A stretch of 38,494 bases of DNA from a virus (Duplodnaviria > Caudoviricetes), in the IMG/VR virus record IMGVR_UViG_3300011339_000429, positions 1-38,494 of that record. The stretch is one strand, 5' to 3'. The stretch's first letter is position 1, and the number at the start of each line of letters is the position of its first letter. The notes under the pieces are model-generated. The model searched no databases. It was not told where the DNA came from and saw only the letters and a list, made by a program, of their open reading frames with translations. Shown piece by piece: positions 9,880 through 18,418 of the stretch. The position numbers were made by a program, and so were the translations under genes.

Positions 9880-10422
9880 ATGAGCTGTTTAACCACATTA
9901 GGCTTTCAAATTAATTGCAAAGAGGCGATTGGTGGCATCAAAGCTATCTACCTTGGAGCTTACGATCTATTTGCTAATTCTGCATCTATTACCGGTAACG
10001 AAGTAGATTCATTAGCAACGGGTAGCGTATATGAATTTCAACTACCTAAGCATACAGGATCATTCACCGAAGAGGCTGCTATCAGCATCGAGAATGGCAC
10101 TGTATACTATACTCAAACTATTGTAGCTATGTTCCATGGAATGAGCCAACAACGCGCATTACAACTTCAAAACATTGCTAAAGGCCGTAACGTACTTTGG
10201 GTATTGGATAATAACAGTAACCTTTGGATGTGTGGTTATAAAGATGGAGTAGAAATTACTGCATTCACTACAGCCTCAGGAACTGCTAAAGGTGATATGA
10301 GCGGATACACTGTTACATTTACAGGTGAAGAAAAGGATAAAGCTTACTACTTAACAGTAAGTGAACCACAAGATCCATGGGGTGATTACGCTGAAATAAC
10401 AGTAGTCGAAGGTTCACTATAA
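9880..10422 (+). CDS. Major tail tube protein
   Basis: MSC..CKEAIGGIKAIYL start and TASGTAKGDMSGYTVTFTGEE motif typical of Bacteroidota siphovirus tail tube proteins. Confidence 0.75.
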   Translation: MSCLTTLGFQINCKEAIGGIKAIYLGAYDLFANSASITGNEVDSLATGSVYEFQLPKHTGSFTEEAAISIENGTVYYTQTIVAMFHGMSQQRALQLQNIAKGRNVLWVLDNNSNLWMCGYKDGVEITAFTTASGTAKGDMSGYTVTFTGEEKDKAYYLTVSEPQDPWGDYAEITVVEGSL

Positions 10423-10446
10423 GTATAATTGTGCTATATTTAAAGC

Positions 10447-10857
10447 ATGATTTACCTACTAAAAAATACAGCAGCACAGCTCCTCTACCTTACACTAAAG
10501 GAAGGGGAGCTTTTGCTTGCTAATCCCTATACTAATTACTTGTTAGAATTAACTAACGAGCAGACATTACAAAAGCTTTACGCTATCCCTACTCAGATAG
10601 CACAGAATGATAGGTATACTACCATTCAGATTGGCACCAATGCCAACACACCATTAGCTGCAAGCTTATTAATTAACTATCCAGCTAGATTTAGCTACAT
10701 AGTTTATGGGCAAAATAGCAGCACTAACTTAGATCCTACCAATGCGGTAGTAGAGGGAGTAATAGAGAAAGGATATTTGATAGTAGAAGATATTACTACT
10801 CCCCGATTCACAGAGCCTAACCTAACGATAGATAACGATATAGCCTACAATGGATAA
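10447..10857 (+). CDS. Putative virion structural protein (possible head closure)
   Basis: 136 aa, beta-rich, between tail tube and portal; function inferred from position only. Confidence 0.45.
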   Translation: MIYLLKNTAAQLLYLTLKEGELLLANPYTNYLLELTNEQTLQKLYAIPTQIAQNDRYTTIQIGTNANTPLAASLLINYPARFSYIVYGQNSSTNLDPTNAVVEGVIEKGYLIVEDITTPRFTEPNLTIDNDIAYNG

Positions 10858-12856
10858 GATAGCACACTCAGCACCCATGTTAGTTAATCTTGGCGCAGCA
10901 ATGCCTCAAGAAGCAGTAGAAAAGGAAACACCTAAAGGATGGGTAACATTAGGCGAGGCTAATTTATTCAGCAATTATTTAATTGATTTATACTATAGCT
11001 CACCGGTGCACTCTGCACTTACTATGAGCATAGCTTTCATGATAGCAGGGAAGGAATTTAAGAGCAATAACCCTGTTGCTCAGCGTGAAATAGATAGACT
11101 TAAACTAAACACAATTAGAAGGCCTATTACGCTTGATGCAAAAATGCAGGGAGGCTATTACTTAGAAATTATTTGGAGCGTAGATAGAAGCACAGTAGCT
11201 AAGATTAATCATTTACCATACGAAAACGTAAGGCTTGCTGTAGCTAATGATGAAGATGTTATACCGGGTATTTACTATTCAAAAGATTGGAACGACACGC
11301 GTAAGAAGAAAAATATTCCTACGTTTATCCCAATGTATAACCCAACTACAAAAGCAGATGAGCCTTCTCAAGTGCTATTTGTGGGGATAATGACACCAGG
11401 CAGCGCTTATTATCCTAAGCCTGATTACTATAGTGCTATTAATTACATAGAAATCACAAGAGAAATCAGCGAATTCTACCGAGCGTTCTTAAGCAATGGC
11501 ATGGCACCTAGCTATTTCTTGCACATGAATAACGGTATTCCTGATCCTGAGGAGCAAATGGCTATCCGCAGAAATTGGGAGACTATGATGGGTGCTAAGA
11601 AGGCAGGTAAGGTAGTATTTACTTTCAACGAATCAGCAGATAGAGCTCCACGTTTAGACCTTGTGCCGATGTCCGATGCAGATAAGCAATGGATGGAGTT
11701 AAGCACTCAGTCAAGAGAGAACATCTTAGCAGCTCACCGCGTTACATCTCCACTACTTTTTGGTATTAGAGATGCAGGTGGATTAGGTAGCAACGCTGAT
11801 GAGATGAAACAAGCCTACAGAATTTTTAATAAGAATATAATTGAGCCATATCAGCAGATTGTTACAGATTCACTTGAGGAAGTATTTAAAGGTATGGGCA
11901 TTATGGCTGATATATTTATTGAGTCTAATGATTTATTCTCTGATGAGATGGATGCAGCAGCAGAAGCGATAGCTCCAACTGTTGCAGATAATGCAACTAC
12001 TGATCCTAATGCAGCTGCACCGGTAGCACCAGCAGGAGCCTCAGTAAGTGATGTAACTTACAACGGTGCACAGATAGCAAGCGCTTTAGAAATTGTAGCA
12101 GCTGTGCAATCAGGTGGATTAACCAAGGAGCAAGCTATTGTATTCTTAGTTCAATTCTTACAGTTACCTATTGACGTAGCTACTGCAATGTTCACACCTT
12201 CGGAAGGCAGCGCTGTAGCTAAACTATCTGCTCAAAAAAAAAAGATTAATTTAAGCGAAGATCCACAAGAGAAGCCTCCAATCTTTACAGATGAGGATGA
12301 GGCATGGTGGTGTGAATTCTTAGAAGATAAGGGCGAGATAGTAGACGAAGAGGAGTGGGAACTTATCGAAGCTGAGCCTGTAAATCTTGCATCAGTTAGA
12401 AGCTACGCTGATCCTGATAAGCCATCTGAAATGGATAGCGGATTGTATAAAATTCGATACAGCTACTCTAAGAATCTTAGTGGGAATAGTCGCAAGTTTT
12501 GTAGACAAATGGTAAGCGCAGCTAATGCTGGCTATGTTTACAGATATGAAGATTTAACTGCTATGAGTGCAGATACTAATGAGCTTAATCCTAAGATGGG
12601 CCACAATGGCAGCACGTTTAGCGTCTGGTTATGGAAGGGTGGAGTCAACTGTAAACATTTTTTCGAGCGCAGAGTTTACTTTAGAAAGAGAGAGAAGGGC
12701 CGATTCATTGCAGATAATGGTTTAGATAGCAGTAATCCTATCTCAGTAGCAAAAGCTATACGTGCAGGCATGCCTTTAAAAGACATTGCTAAAGACTTCG
12801 CTACAGCTAATACTGCAACCTTTGACCAACCTAACCAAGGTAGATATCCAGCATAA
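10850..12856 (+). CDS. Portal protein with C-terminal extension
   Basis: SPVHSA, YYPKPDY, FLSNGMAPS, GAKKAGK and ILAAHRVTSPLLFGI motifs of PBSX/HK97-type portals in Bacteroidota phages. Confidence 0.85.
   Translation: MDKIAHSAPMLVNLGAAMPQEAVEKETPKGWVTLGEANLFSNYLIDLYYSSPVHSALTMSIAFMIAGKEFKSNNPVAQREIDRLKLNTIRRPITLDAKMQGGYYLEIIWSVDRSTVAKINHLPYENVRLAVANDEDVIPGIYYSKDWNDTRKKKNIPTFIPMYNPTTKADEPSQVLFVGIMTPGSAYYPKPDYYSAINYIEITREISEFYRAFLSNGMAPSYFLHMNNGIPDPEEQMAIRRNWETMMGAKKAGKVVFTFNESADRAPRLDLVPMSDADKQWMELSTQSRENILAAHRVTSPLLFGIRDAGGLGSNADEMKQAYRIFNKNIIEPYQQIVTDSLEEVFKGMGIMADIFIESNDLFSDEMDAAAEAIAPTVADNATTDPNAAAPVAPAGASVSDVTYNGAQIASALEIVAAVQSGGLTKEQAIVFLVQFLQLPIDVATAMFTPSEGSAVAKLSAQKKKINLSEDPQEKPPIFTDEDEAWWCEFLEDKGEIVDEEEWELIEAEPVNLASVRSYADPDKPSEMDSGLYKIRYSYSKNLSGNSRKFCRQMVSAANAGYVYRYEDLTAMSADTNELNPKMGHNGSTFSVWLWKGGVNCKHFFERRVYFRKREKGRFIADNGLDSSNPISVAKAIRAGMPLKDIAKDFATANTATFDQPNQGRYPA
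10856..12856 (+). other. Portal domain layout: portal core, low-complexity linker, A10 slippery run at 12234..12243, then a MuF-like C-terminal domain
   Basis: SRKFCRQM and GGVNCKHF motifs after the A10 run; see findings. Confidence 0.5.
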
Positions 12857-12874
12857 CAATTAAACTAAAAGAAC

Positions 12875-13450
12875 ATGGCAATAGCTCCCGAAATACTTTT
12901 CATTAACGAGGAATTCTTAAAGAAATACACTCAGCTGAATGAAGCTGTAGATACTAATCTTATTCGCCCTGCAATATACTTAGCTCAAGATAAGTACATC
13001 ACACTTTGGTTAGGCACTAACCTTACCAATAAGATTAAAAATGAGATAGAGAACGGCACGTTAGCTGGAGTCTATGAGACTCTACTTAATGAATACATAG
13101 TTAAGCCTACAGCGTGGTGGACAATGGTAGAGCTTTATCCGATGCTTATGTATAAGCATGATAACGGTAACTTAGTTACTCGCCAATCTGAAAACACTAC
13201 GGCTATTTCTCAAAGTGAGCTATCATCTCTAAGAGATATGGCACGTGAGAACGCTAACTACTATACGCAAAGATTAGTAGATTATTTGTGCGCTAATAAC
13301 TCAGACTATCCCGAATACAGCAATAATACTTCGCCTGATATTACACCCATCAGAGTAGTAAATAGACAAAGCCAAATCGCATTTAGCAGAGCTGCTATAG
13401 ATTCAGCTAACCCATGGTATAGATTCTCAATTCGAAACTTTACTAACTAA
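12875..13450 (+). CDS. Head-tail adaptor/connector-like protein
   Basis: Helical, IRPAIYLAQDKYI..LGTNL and LVDYLCANNSDYPEY patterns; follows the portal. Confidence 0.6.
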   Translation: MAIAPEILFINEEFLKKYTQLNEAVDTNLIRPAIYLAQDKYITLWLGTNLTNKIKNEIENGTLAGVYETLLNEYIVKPTAWWTMVELYPMLMYKHDNGNLVTRQSENTTAISQSELSSLRDMARENANYYTQRLVDYLCANNSDYPEYSNNTSPDITPIRVVNRQSQIAFSRAAIDSANPWYRFSIRNFTN

Positions 13451-13452
13451 GA

Positions 13453-13569
13453 ATGAAGCTTACAAAGGAGCAGCAAACTAGAAAAGACTATGAGCGTAAG
13501 CTAAAGGTCTATTTAACCAAACGCGATAAAGAATTAAGAAATGAAAGCACCAACAGCAGAAGAGCTTAA
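13453..13569 (+). CDS. Hypothetical basic 38-aa protein
   Basis: Fills the gap between adaptor and lysin; no other support. Confidence 0.4.
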   Translation: MKLTKEQQTRKDYERKLKVYLTKRDKELRNESTNSRRA

Positions 13570-14086
13570 GGCTCAATTTACAGAGCTTGGCTATAAGTGG
13601 CCTACTATTCACGTGGTAGGAATCAGAAGCAAAGCTAACGAGCCTAACAAATTTGATGATCTAATAGGATTGGTGCAAGGTAATGAGGTGCAATGGTATA
13701 CCGGAACAACTAATCCAGGTACATTTTGGCTAAATAATCCTATGAATAACTTAGGCACAGCAGTACTTAAGGCAGGACAATATGTAGACACTTATGTAAT
13801 AGGCTTGCATCAGGGCAAATACACAGCATTAGTGCAGTCAAAAAAGGTAACTGTATTCAGAGATGCTGATAAAGATAGCATTGCTGAGGAGCAAGGCAAA
13901 GAAGATACAGGCCTATTTGGAATTAATATCCATCGCGCTAATGAATTAGCTGAATCTAAGAATATAGATAAGTGGAGTGCTGGCTGCCAAGTGCTAAATA
14001 ATCCTAAGCAATTTAAAGAGCTTATACAAGCTTGCATTAAATCAGGTAAAAAATCTTTTACATACACATTACTTCATGAGCAATAA
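13541..14086 (+). CDS. Putative endolysin, L,D-transpeptidase (YkuD)-like cysteine peptidase
   Basis: GINIHRA..WSAGCQV matches the H-x(n)-S-x-GC catalytic signature; directly upstream of holin- and spanin-like genes. Confidence 0.65.
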   Translation: MKAPTAEELKAQFTELGYKWPTIHVVGIRSKANEPNKFDDLIGLVQGNEVQWYTGTTNPGTFWLNNPMNNLGTAVLKAGQYVDTYVIGLHQGKYTALVQSKKVTVFRDADKDSIAEEQGKEDTGLFGINIHRANELAESKNIDKWSAGCQVLNNPKQFKELIQACIKSGKKSFTYTLLHEQ

Positions 14087-14249
14087 TCAGCAGCAAATAG
14101 CGGAAGGAGTTACAGGAACAGTTAGCAGCATTTTGTTAAGCGTGCCTGCATGGATGTTAGATGTAGAATTTGCACTTAAGATATTTTGTTTATTGCTATC
14201 AGCTGTAGCTTCTATCTTTACGATATACAAGATGCGTAAGAAGAGATGA
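14076..14249 (+). CDS. Holin/antiholin-like 57-aa membrane protein
   Basis: Not in the ORF track. Hydrophobic segments plus a basic tail KMRKKR; ATGA overlap with the next gene. Confidence 0.65.
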   Translation: MSNNQQQIAEGVTGTVSSILLSVPAWMLDVEFALKIFCLLLSAVASIFTIYKMRKKR

Positions 14250-14491
14250 AATGGTTAAGAAGTGTATTCAGTAATGAAGGGGATGCAAGCTCTAAACGTG
14301 TAGCATCTATACTAGCATTACTAGTCTGCATTAATCTTTCTTACATTGGTACATTTACTGAGTATAAAACTCCTGAATACATGTTCGATGGCTTACTAAT
14401 TTTAGCAGGTAGTGGGTTGGGATTAACAGTTATTGAGTCTATCTTTGATAAAAAGAAATCTAATGACACACCAAACGAAGGAACAAATTAA
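14246..14491 (+). CDS. Holin-like protein (2 TM)
   Basis: SSKR followed by two hydrophobic helices and a charged C-terminus. Confidence 0.65.
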   Translation: MKWLRSVFSNEGDASSKRVASILALLVCINLSYIGTFTEYKTPEYMFDGLLILAGSGLGLTVIESIFDKKKSNDTPNEGTN

Positions 14492-14819
14492 GTTAGCTAT
14501 AGTATTTGGAATAGCTGTATTCATTTGTATACTAATGCAAACAATGTACATTAGAATCAAAGAAGATGAGAAAGCTTTAGACTATTATGAGAGAAGAGCT
14601 GATAGAGCTACTCATGTAATTGATTCTTTAGAGGCTACTAACGTACAGCGTATGCTTGAAATTGAACAACTGAATGTGCAGTTACAACGTAATACAGAAA
14701 TTTATGAAGCAAATATTAGCGCTATTGATTCTCTTGATAGGAATGGCTTGCGTAAAGCCATGCAAAGCTTACTCGCAGAGCTTGCCGGTGAGAGATACCC
14801 TGGTCAGTCTAACGACTAA
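14463..14819 (+). CDS. i-spanin-like protein
   Basis: N-terminal TM plus long coiled coil within the lysis cassette; ATG at 14463 preferred. Confidence 0.55.
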   Translation: MTHQTKEQIKLAIVFGIAVFICILMQTMYIRIKEDEKALDYYERRADRATHVIDSLEATNVQRMLEIEQLNVQLQRNTEIYEANISAIDSLDRNGLRKAMQSLLAELAGERYPGQSND

Positions 14820-15102
14820 GGAAGTAAGAGCACTGCTTAAGCTTAAAGCCGAGCGCGATTATCTTAAAGTACAGGTAGGCTTATTGACAAAAAGTGATAG
14901 TATTGCAAGTTTTGTCATTAAGGATCAGGCTAAAACTATTGATGCATGGGCCATTACTAACGAAAAGACTTCTCAAGATTTAGTTAAAGCACAGGAGCAA
15001 CTGTATAAAGAATCTGCACGTAAAGAATCTTGGCGCAGTGCAGCGCTAATAGGCATCCCTATCTCATTTGTAGGGGGTATTATCTTCAATCTACTTTTCT
15101 AA
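14704..15102 (+). CDS. Spanin-like protein with N-terminal signal/lipobox-like sequence and C-terminal TM
   Basis: MKQILALLILLIGMAC.., coiled coil, C-terminal AALIGIPISFVGGIIFNLLF; overlaps the previous gene in another frame. Confidence 0.55.
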   Translation: MKQILALLILLIGMACVKPCKAYSQSLPVRDTLVSLTTKEVRALLKLKAERDYLKVQVGLLTKSDSIASFVIKDQAKTIDAWAITNEKTSQDLVKAQEQLYKESARKESWRSAALIGIPISFVGGIIFNLLF

Positions 15103-15149
15103 ATTAACATTTCTTTGTTAATAACTTTGCTAATATTAGTAAGGTTTCT

Positions 15150-15180
15150 TTTGCATATCTAAAATATTGTAGTACATTTG
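15150..15180 (+). promoter_or_regulatory. Bacteroidota housekeeping-sigma promoter for the early operon
   Basis: TTTG (15150-15153), N19, TACATTTG (15173-15180): a full match to the -33/-7 consensus, in the intergenic gap before the early genes. Confidence 0.8.
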
Positions 15181-15203
15181 CTAAAATTAAATCAATAAGC
15201 AAT

Positions 15204-15320
15204 ATGAAAAAAGCACTACTCTTTATCGCCATGTTAATTGCTGGCCTACTCATCGGAGGATCATTCGATGCAGACACTCAAGAATTAGAAAAAATAGAAA
15301 TTAATCAAACATCTAAATAA
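15204..15320 (+). CDS. 38-aa signal-peptide/membrane early protein (MKKALLFIAMLIAGLLIGGSFDADTQELEKIEINQTSK)
   Basis: First ORF after the early promoter; A-rich leader; abuts the next gene. Confidence 0.65.
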   Translation: MKKALLFIAMLIAGLLIGGSFDADTQELEKIEINQTSK

Positions 15321-15322
15321 TC

Positions 15323-15505
15323 ATGAAAAAACTATTTGAATTAGAAGAGCAGAACCGTTACGATGGTATGTACTACTACCTTAAAATTGATGGTAGCTAT
15401 CACAAATCTTTTAGCACCTATGAAGAGGCTAAAGAGGAATATGATAAAGCAGTGAGCTTTACATTTAGCAAGACAATTATACTAAGTAAAGAAGTAGACG
15501 TATGA
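15323..15505 (+). CDS. Hypothetical early protein
   Basis: Tightly packed; ATGA overlap downstream. Confidence 0.7.
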   Translation: MKKLFELEEQNRYDGMYYYLKIDGSYHKSFSTYEEAKEEYDKAVSFTFSKTIILSKEVDV

Positions 15506-15738
15506 AATACCATGTAGTAGTTACACCACTAGACGAGGTGCAAATCTCAATAGCCGAGCGCTTAGGCACTGCTAACCTATTCATAGCAGATACATGGGAA
15601 GTAGCACAGCAGATGCTACCATTACTGATGAAGATCTACAAATTCGATTATACTCCTGTATGGATAAATGAGTATAATGAGAATGCACTTTATGAGTGGG
15701 AAAATGACGAGGTAGTAATTAGTATTAAAAGAATTTAG
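15502..15738 (+). CDS. Hypothetical early protein
   Basis: ATGA overlap; operon context. Confidence 0.7.
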   Translation: MKYHVVVTPLDEVQISIAERLGTANLFIADTWEVAQQMLPLLMKIYKFDYTPVWINEYNENALYEWENDEVVISIKRI

Positions 15739-15763
15739 TATATTAGCAAAATAATTAATAATC

Positions 15764-15994
15764 ATGAATAAACCAAACAACATTACCGGTAAGGTAATCG
15801 TATCTCGGTGGGATGCCGAAGGATGCGGATGGAAGCTGTACACATCAGCTCACAGCTACTCTTTAACTGATTTCTCAACTGCTAAAAAACATGGGGAGGT
15901 ATTTCCTGATGATGGCACTTTCCTCTACCAATTTGAGAGCGAAGGTGAGAGTAATGTACATGACTACTTTATGAGTGATCGCTATGTTATCTGA
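15764..15994 (+). CDS. Hypothetical early protein
   Basis: A-rich leader; operon context. Confidence 0.7.
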   Translation: MNKPNNITGKVIVSRWDAEGCGWKLYTSAHSYSLTDFSTAKKHGEVFPDDGTFLYQFESEGESNVHDYFMSDRYVI

Positions 15995-16139
15995 AAGAGC
16001 TAAGAGCAGATTCATCTGCGTGCAGAGCTCACTACCGGGAGAGGAGATGAGCTACAATGAAATGGCAGAGAAAGTAGTTTATGAGAGCTGGCGAAGTTAC
16101 TTCCAAAATAACCCCCATGAACTACAGCAGGGAGCCTAA
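15984..16139 (+). CDS. Hypothetical 51-aa protein
   Basis: Not in the ORF track; fills the gap and overlaps both neighbours. Confidence 0.55.
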   Translation: MLSERAKSRFICVQSSLPGEEMSYNEMAEKVVYESWRSYFQNNPHELQQGA

Positions 16140-16740
16140 TTGGCAGAAGCTTAAGCCATCAATCGATTGGGATGAGCAAGAGGAAAAGTTAGCAGATAAG
16201 TTAAGTAAATTAATTCACACACAAATAAATAACAGAGTTATGAATCAGCAAATCGTTAAACAACAGAAATTCGTTAGAACTTGGGATGGCCCATCAGGTG
16301 CAATCCATTACTTCGACCTTGTATTAGACAATGGTGAGGTAGGTCAAATAGGTGTAAAGGACATGAACAGCCCTAAGATTCAAGTAGGTGCTACCTTGCA
16401 TTACACAGTAGAAGAGCGCACAGGCCCTACAGGAAAAAAGACTACTAACTTCAAGATGCAGAATCCAATGCAGTACAGTGGCCCATCTTCTGCTCCAAGT
16501 GGTGCGGTGAATAGCGCTGTTAATTACCGCAAAGAAAGCCCTGAAGTGCAAAATTCTATTAGTAAATCAGTAGCATTAAACAACGCTGTGCTGTTTTGCA
16601 AAGATGTTAAGGGAAGTAAGCCAGGTGATGTGTTAGATACAGCTGAGATATTTTTAGCATGGCTTAAAGGTGAGGCAGTATAAGCAGTAGAAATTAAAGC
16701 AGTAACAAATGAAAGCAGCGAAGATGAAATGCCATTCTAA
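16117..16740 (+). CDS. Single-stranded DNA-binding (OB-fold-like) protein; acidic tail lies beyond an in-frame TAA at 16681..16683
   Basis: Beta-rich domain, G/S/P linker, then after the TAA the in-frame AVEIKAVTNESSEDEMPF-stop. The start could be 16117 or 16240. Confidence 0.6.
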
Positions 16741-16942
16741 ATTAACACCGTTCCATAGTTGGGTACGCAGTCATTTTTTGACTGTGGCCCACTTTGCGAA
16801 CGTGCTGGAGGTAAGTTACCCTACAGCTCAAAAGTACATTAAGCAGCCCCGCTCTATGAAGGTAAGCGACATAGGCAAGCTAGCGCATGTAACTGAAGAG
16901 GAGATACCATACATATTAGAACTAATGAAGGATAGCAAATGA
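16724..16942 (+). CDS. Small Cro/XRE-like HTH protein
   Basis: TVAHFANVLEVSYPTAQKYI helix-turn-helix pattern. Confidence 0.6.
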   Translation: MKCHSKLTPFHSWVRSHFLTVAHFANVLEVSYPTAQKYIKQPRSMKVSDIGKLAHVTEEEIPYILELMKDSK

Positions 16943-17139
16943 AAAAGAAGCAAACGCCAATAGAATGGTTTTTATCTGAATTTGAAAAGCAAATTCAATT
17001 TAGACCTAATTCAGAATTAGATGTATGGTTTAAGAATTTATTTCCAAAAGCCATAGAAATAGAAAATAATTACAGGCAGAAATTAGCAGACGATGCCTTT
17101 AGATTAGGTTGGGAATCACATAAAACATTTACATCATGA
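16939..17139 (+). CDS. Hypothetical protein (KQTPIEW N-terminus)
   Basis: ATGA overlaps on both sides. Confidence 0.7.
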   Translation: MKKKQTPIEWFLSEFEKQIQFRPNSELDVWFKNLFPKAIEIENNYRQKLADDAFRLGWESHKTFTS

Positions 17140-17624
17140 GCCACGTACTAGAAAGGAAGATAGCAGATTTGATTCTGCTTATACCCGCTGAGCAGCAGCA
17201 CCATGCGCGTAGAAGAATAGATAATATCATTAGAGTAGTTAATGACACTCAGATACCTGAACTAAATTGGAAATCAATTAATGGAGAGGTAGAATCTTTA
17301 AATGAGAAGCTCACTAACGACATGATGAAAATTATTTGCAAGCTTACTTTAGTCGATTGGGAACAACTAAAAACAAAGTGCAGAAAGCGTGAGCTAAATG
17401 ATGTTAGGCAAACTGCTATGTGGATCATTCGTAAAGGCACTTCTATGAGCTTCTATGACGTAGGTAAGATATTTAATAGACATCATGCAACTGTACTGCA
17501 CGCTGTTAGAAATGTAGAAAATCTAATTGAAACAGATAACATGTATAGAGCTGGAGTAGAGCAGATTCTAAATCACATAGATAACCAAGATTTGAATAGA
17601 GCATTTAACAGATTAAGTAAATAA
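17136..17624 (+). CDS. DnaA C-terminal (domain IV) HTH-containing protein
   Basis: RQTAMWIIR..SFYDVGKIFNRHHATVLHA matches the DnaA domain IV signature; no AAA+ domain. Confidence 0.85.
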   Translation: MSHVLERKIADLILLIPAEQQHHARRRIDNIIRVVNDTQIPELNWKSINGEVESLNEKLTNDMMKIICKLTLVDWEQLKTKCRKRELNDVRQTAMWIIRKGTSMSFYDVGKIFNRHHATVLHAVRNVENLIETDNMYRAGVEQILNHIDNQDLNRAFNRLSK

Positions 17625-17641
17625 ATTAATAATCAATAATC

Positions 17642-18082
17642 ATGAAACAAACCACAATTCAATTTGAGAAAAGAAGAAGAGAACTTGTAACTATTCAAAG
17701 ATTACAGCAGGCTGTAGATTTAATAGCTCAAGGTAAATTTATGAGTGATGCTATGAGAACTCAAGGATTAAGCCCAGGCTTTGGAAAGTTCTTAATAAGC
17801 GCAAGAATCCTTGCGAGAGTAGACCATAAAACAGTAGTAGTGTTAAAGCCAAAATTGGAGCGCAAAGATTACTATAGAGTAATGGAGCTTCAAAAGAAAT
17901 ACCATAAAAATAGTAATACTAAGCGCGAATCAATAACCGGAGCAGATACTGATATGCTCGGATTAGTTAACATGCCACAAACTGAGCCTATTAAATTACA
18001 TCGTACCTCTAATCCAAGAGTTAAAAATGCTGTAGCATTGCCATGGTGGAAAAGATTTTTATTATATTTGGCCAATCACTAA
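17642..18082 (+). CDS. Hypothetical basic protein
   Basis: 146 aa with A-rich leader; PWWKR C-terminus. Confidence 0.7.
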   Translation: MKQTTIQFEKRRRELVTIQRLQQAVDLIAQGKFMSDAMRTQGLSPGFGKFLISARILARVDHKTVVVLKPKLERKDYYRVMELQKKYHKNSNTKRESITGADTDMLGLVNMPQTEPIKLHRTSNPRVKNAVALPWWKRFLLYLANH

Positions 18083-18094
18083 TCACTAAACCAA

Positions 18095-18418
18095 ATGATG
18101 ACAATCTTATTAAAGCGCATAGAGGCGCTTGAGGAAAGGGTAAAGGCGCTTGAATCTAAGCGCTCCCCATCTACCAAATTCACACCCCCATCACTATCAG
18201 ATGTAGTAGCCTACATGGATGATTTAGTTCTATCTAAGAAATTCTACTGCTTTTATGAAAGCAACGGATGGAAAGTAGGTAAGAATTCTATGAAGAGCTG
18301 GCGCGCTGCTGCTGATCAATGGAAAGCAAGAGAGATTAACACTAAAAAAACTACAGAAGATGAGCAAAGAATTGGCCGCATCAGTACAGCAGAGCTTCAA
18401 TCGTTCACTAAGCGCTGA
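18095..18418 (+). CDS. Stand-alone replisome-organiser C-terminal-like domain protein
   Basis: FTPPSLSDV..FYESNGWKVGKNSMKSWRAA..W is the usual C-terminal domain of phage replication initiators. Confidence 0.65.
   Translation: MMTILLKRIEALEERVKALESKRSPSTKFTPPSLSDVVAYMDDLVLSKKFYCFYESNGWKVGKNSMKSWRAAADQWKAREINTKKTTEDEQRIGRISTAELQSFTKR

Noticed and set aside
17136-17624. Bacterial dnaA gene or host chromosomal DNA
   Set aside because: Only domain IV is present, embedded in a phage operon; no host genes in the window.
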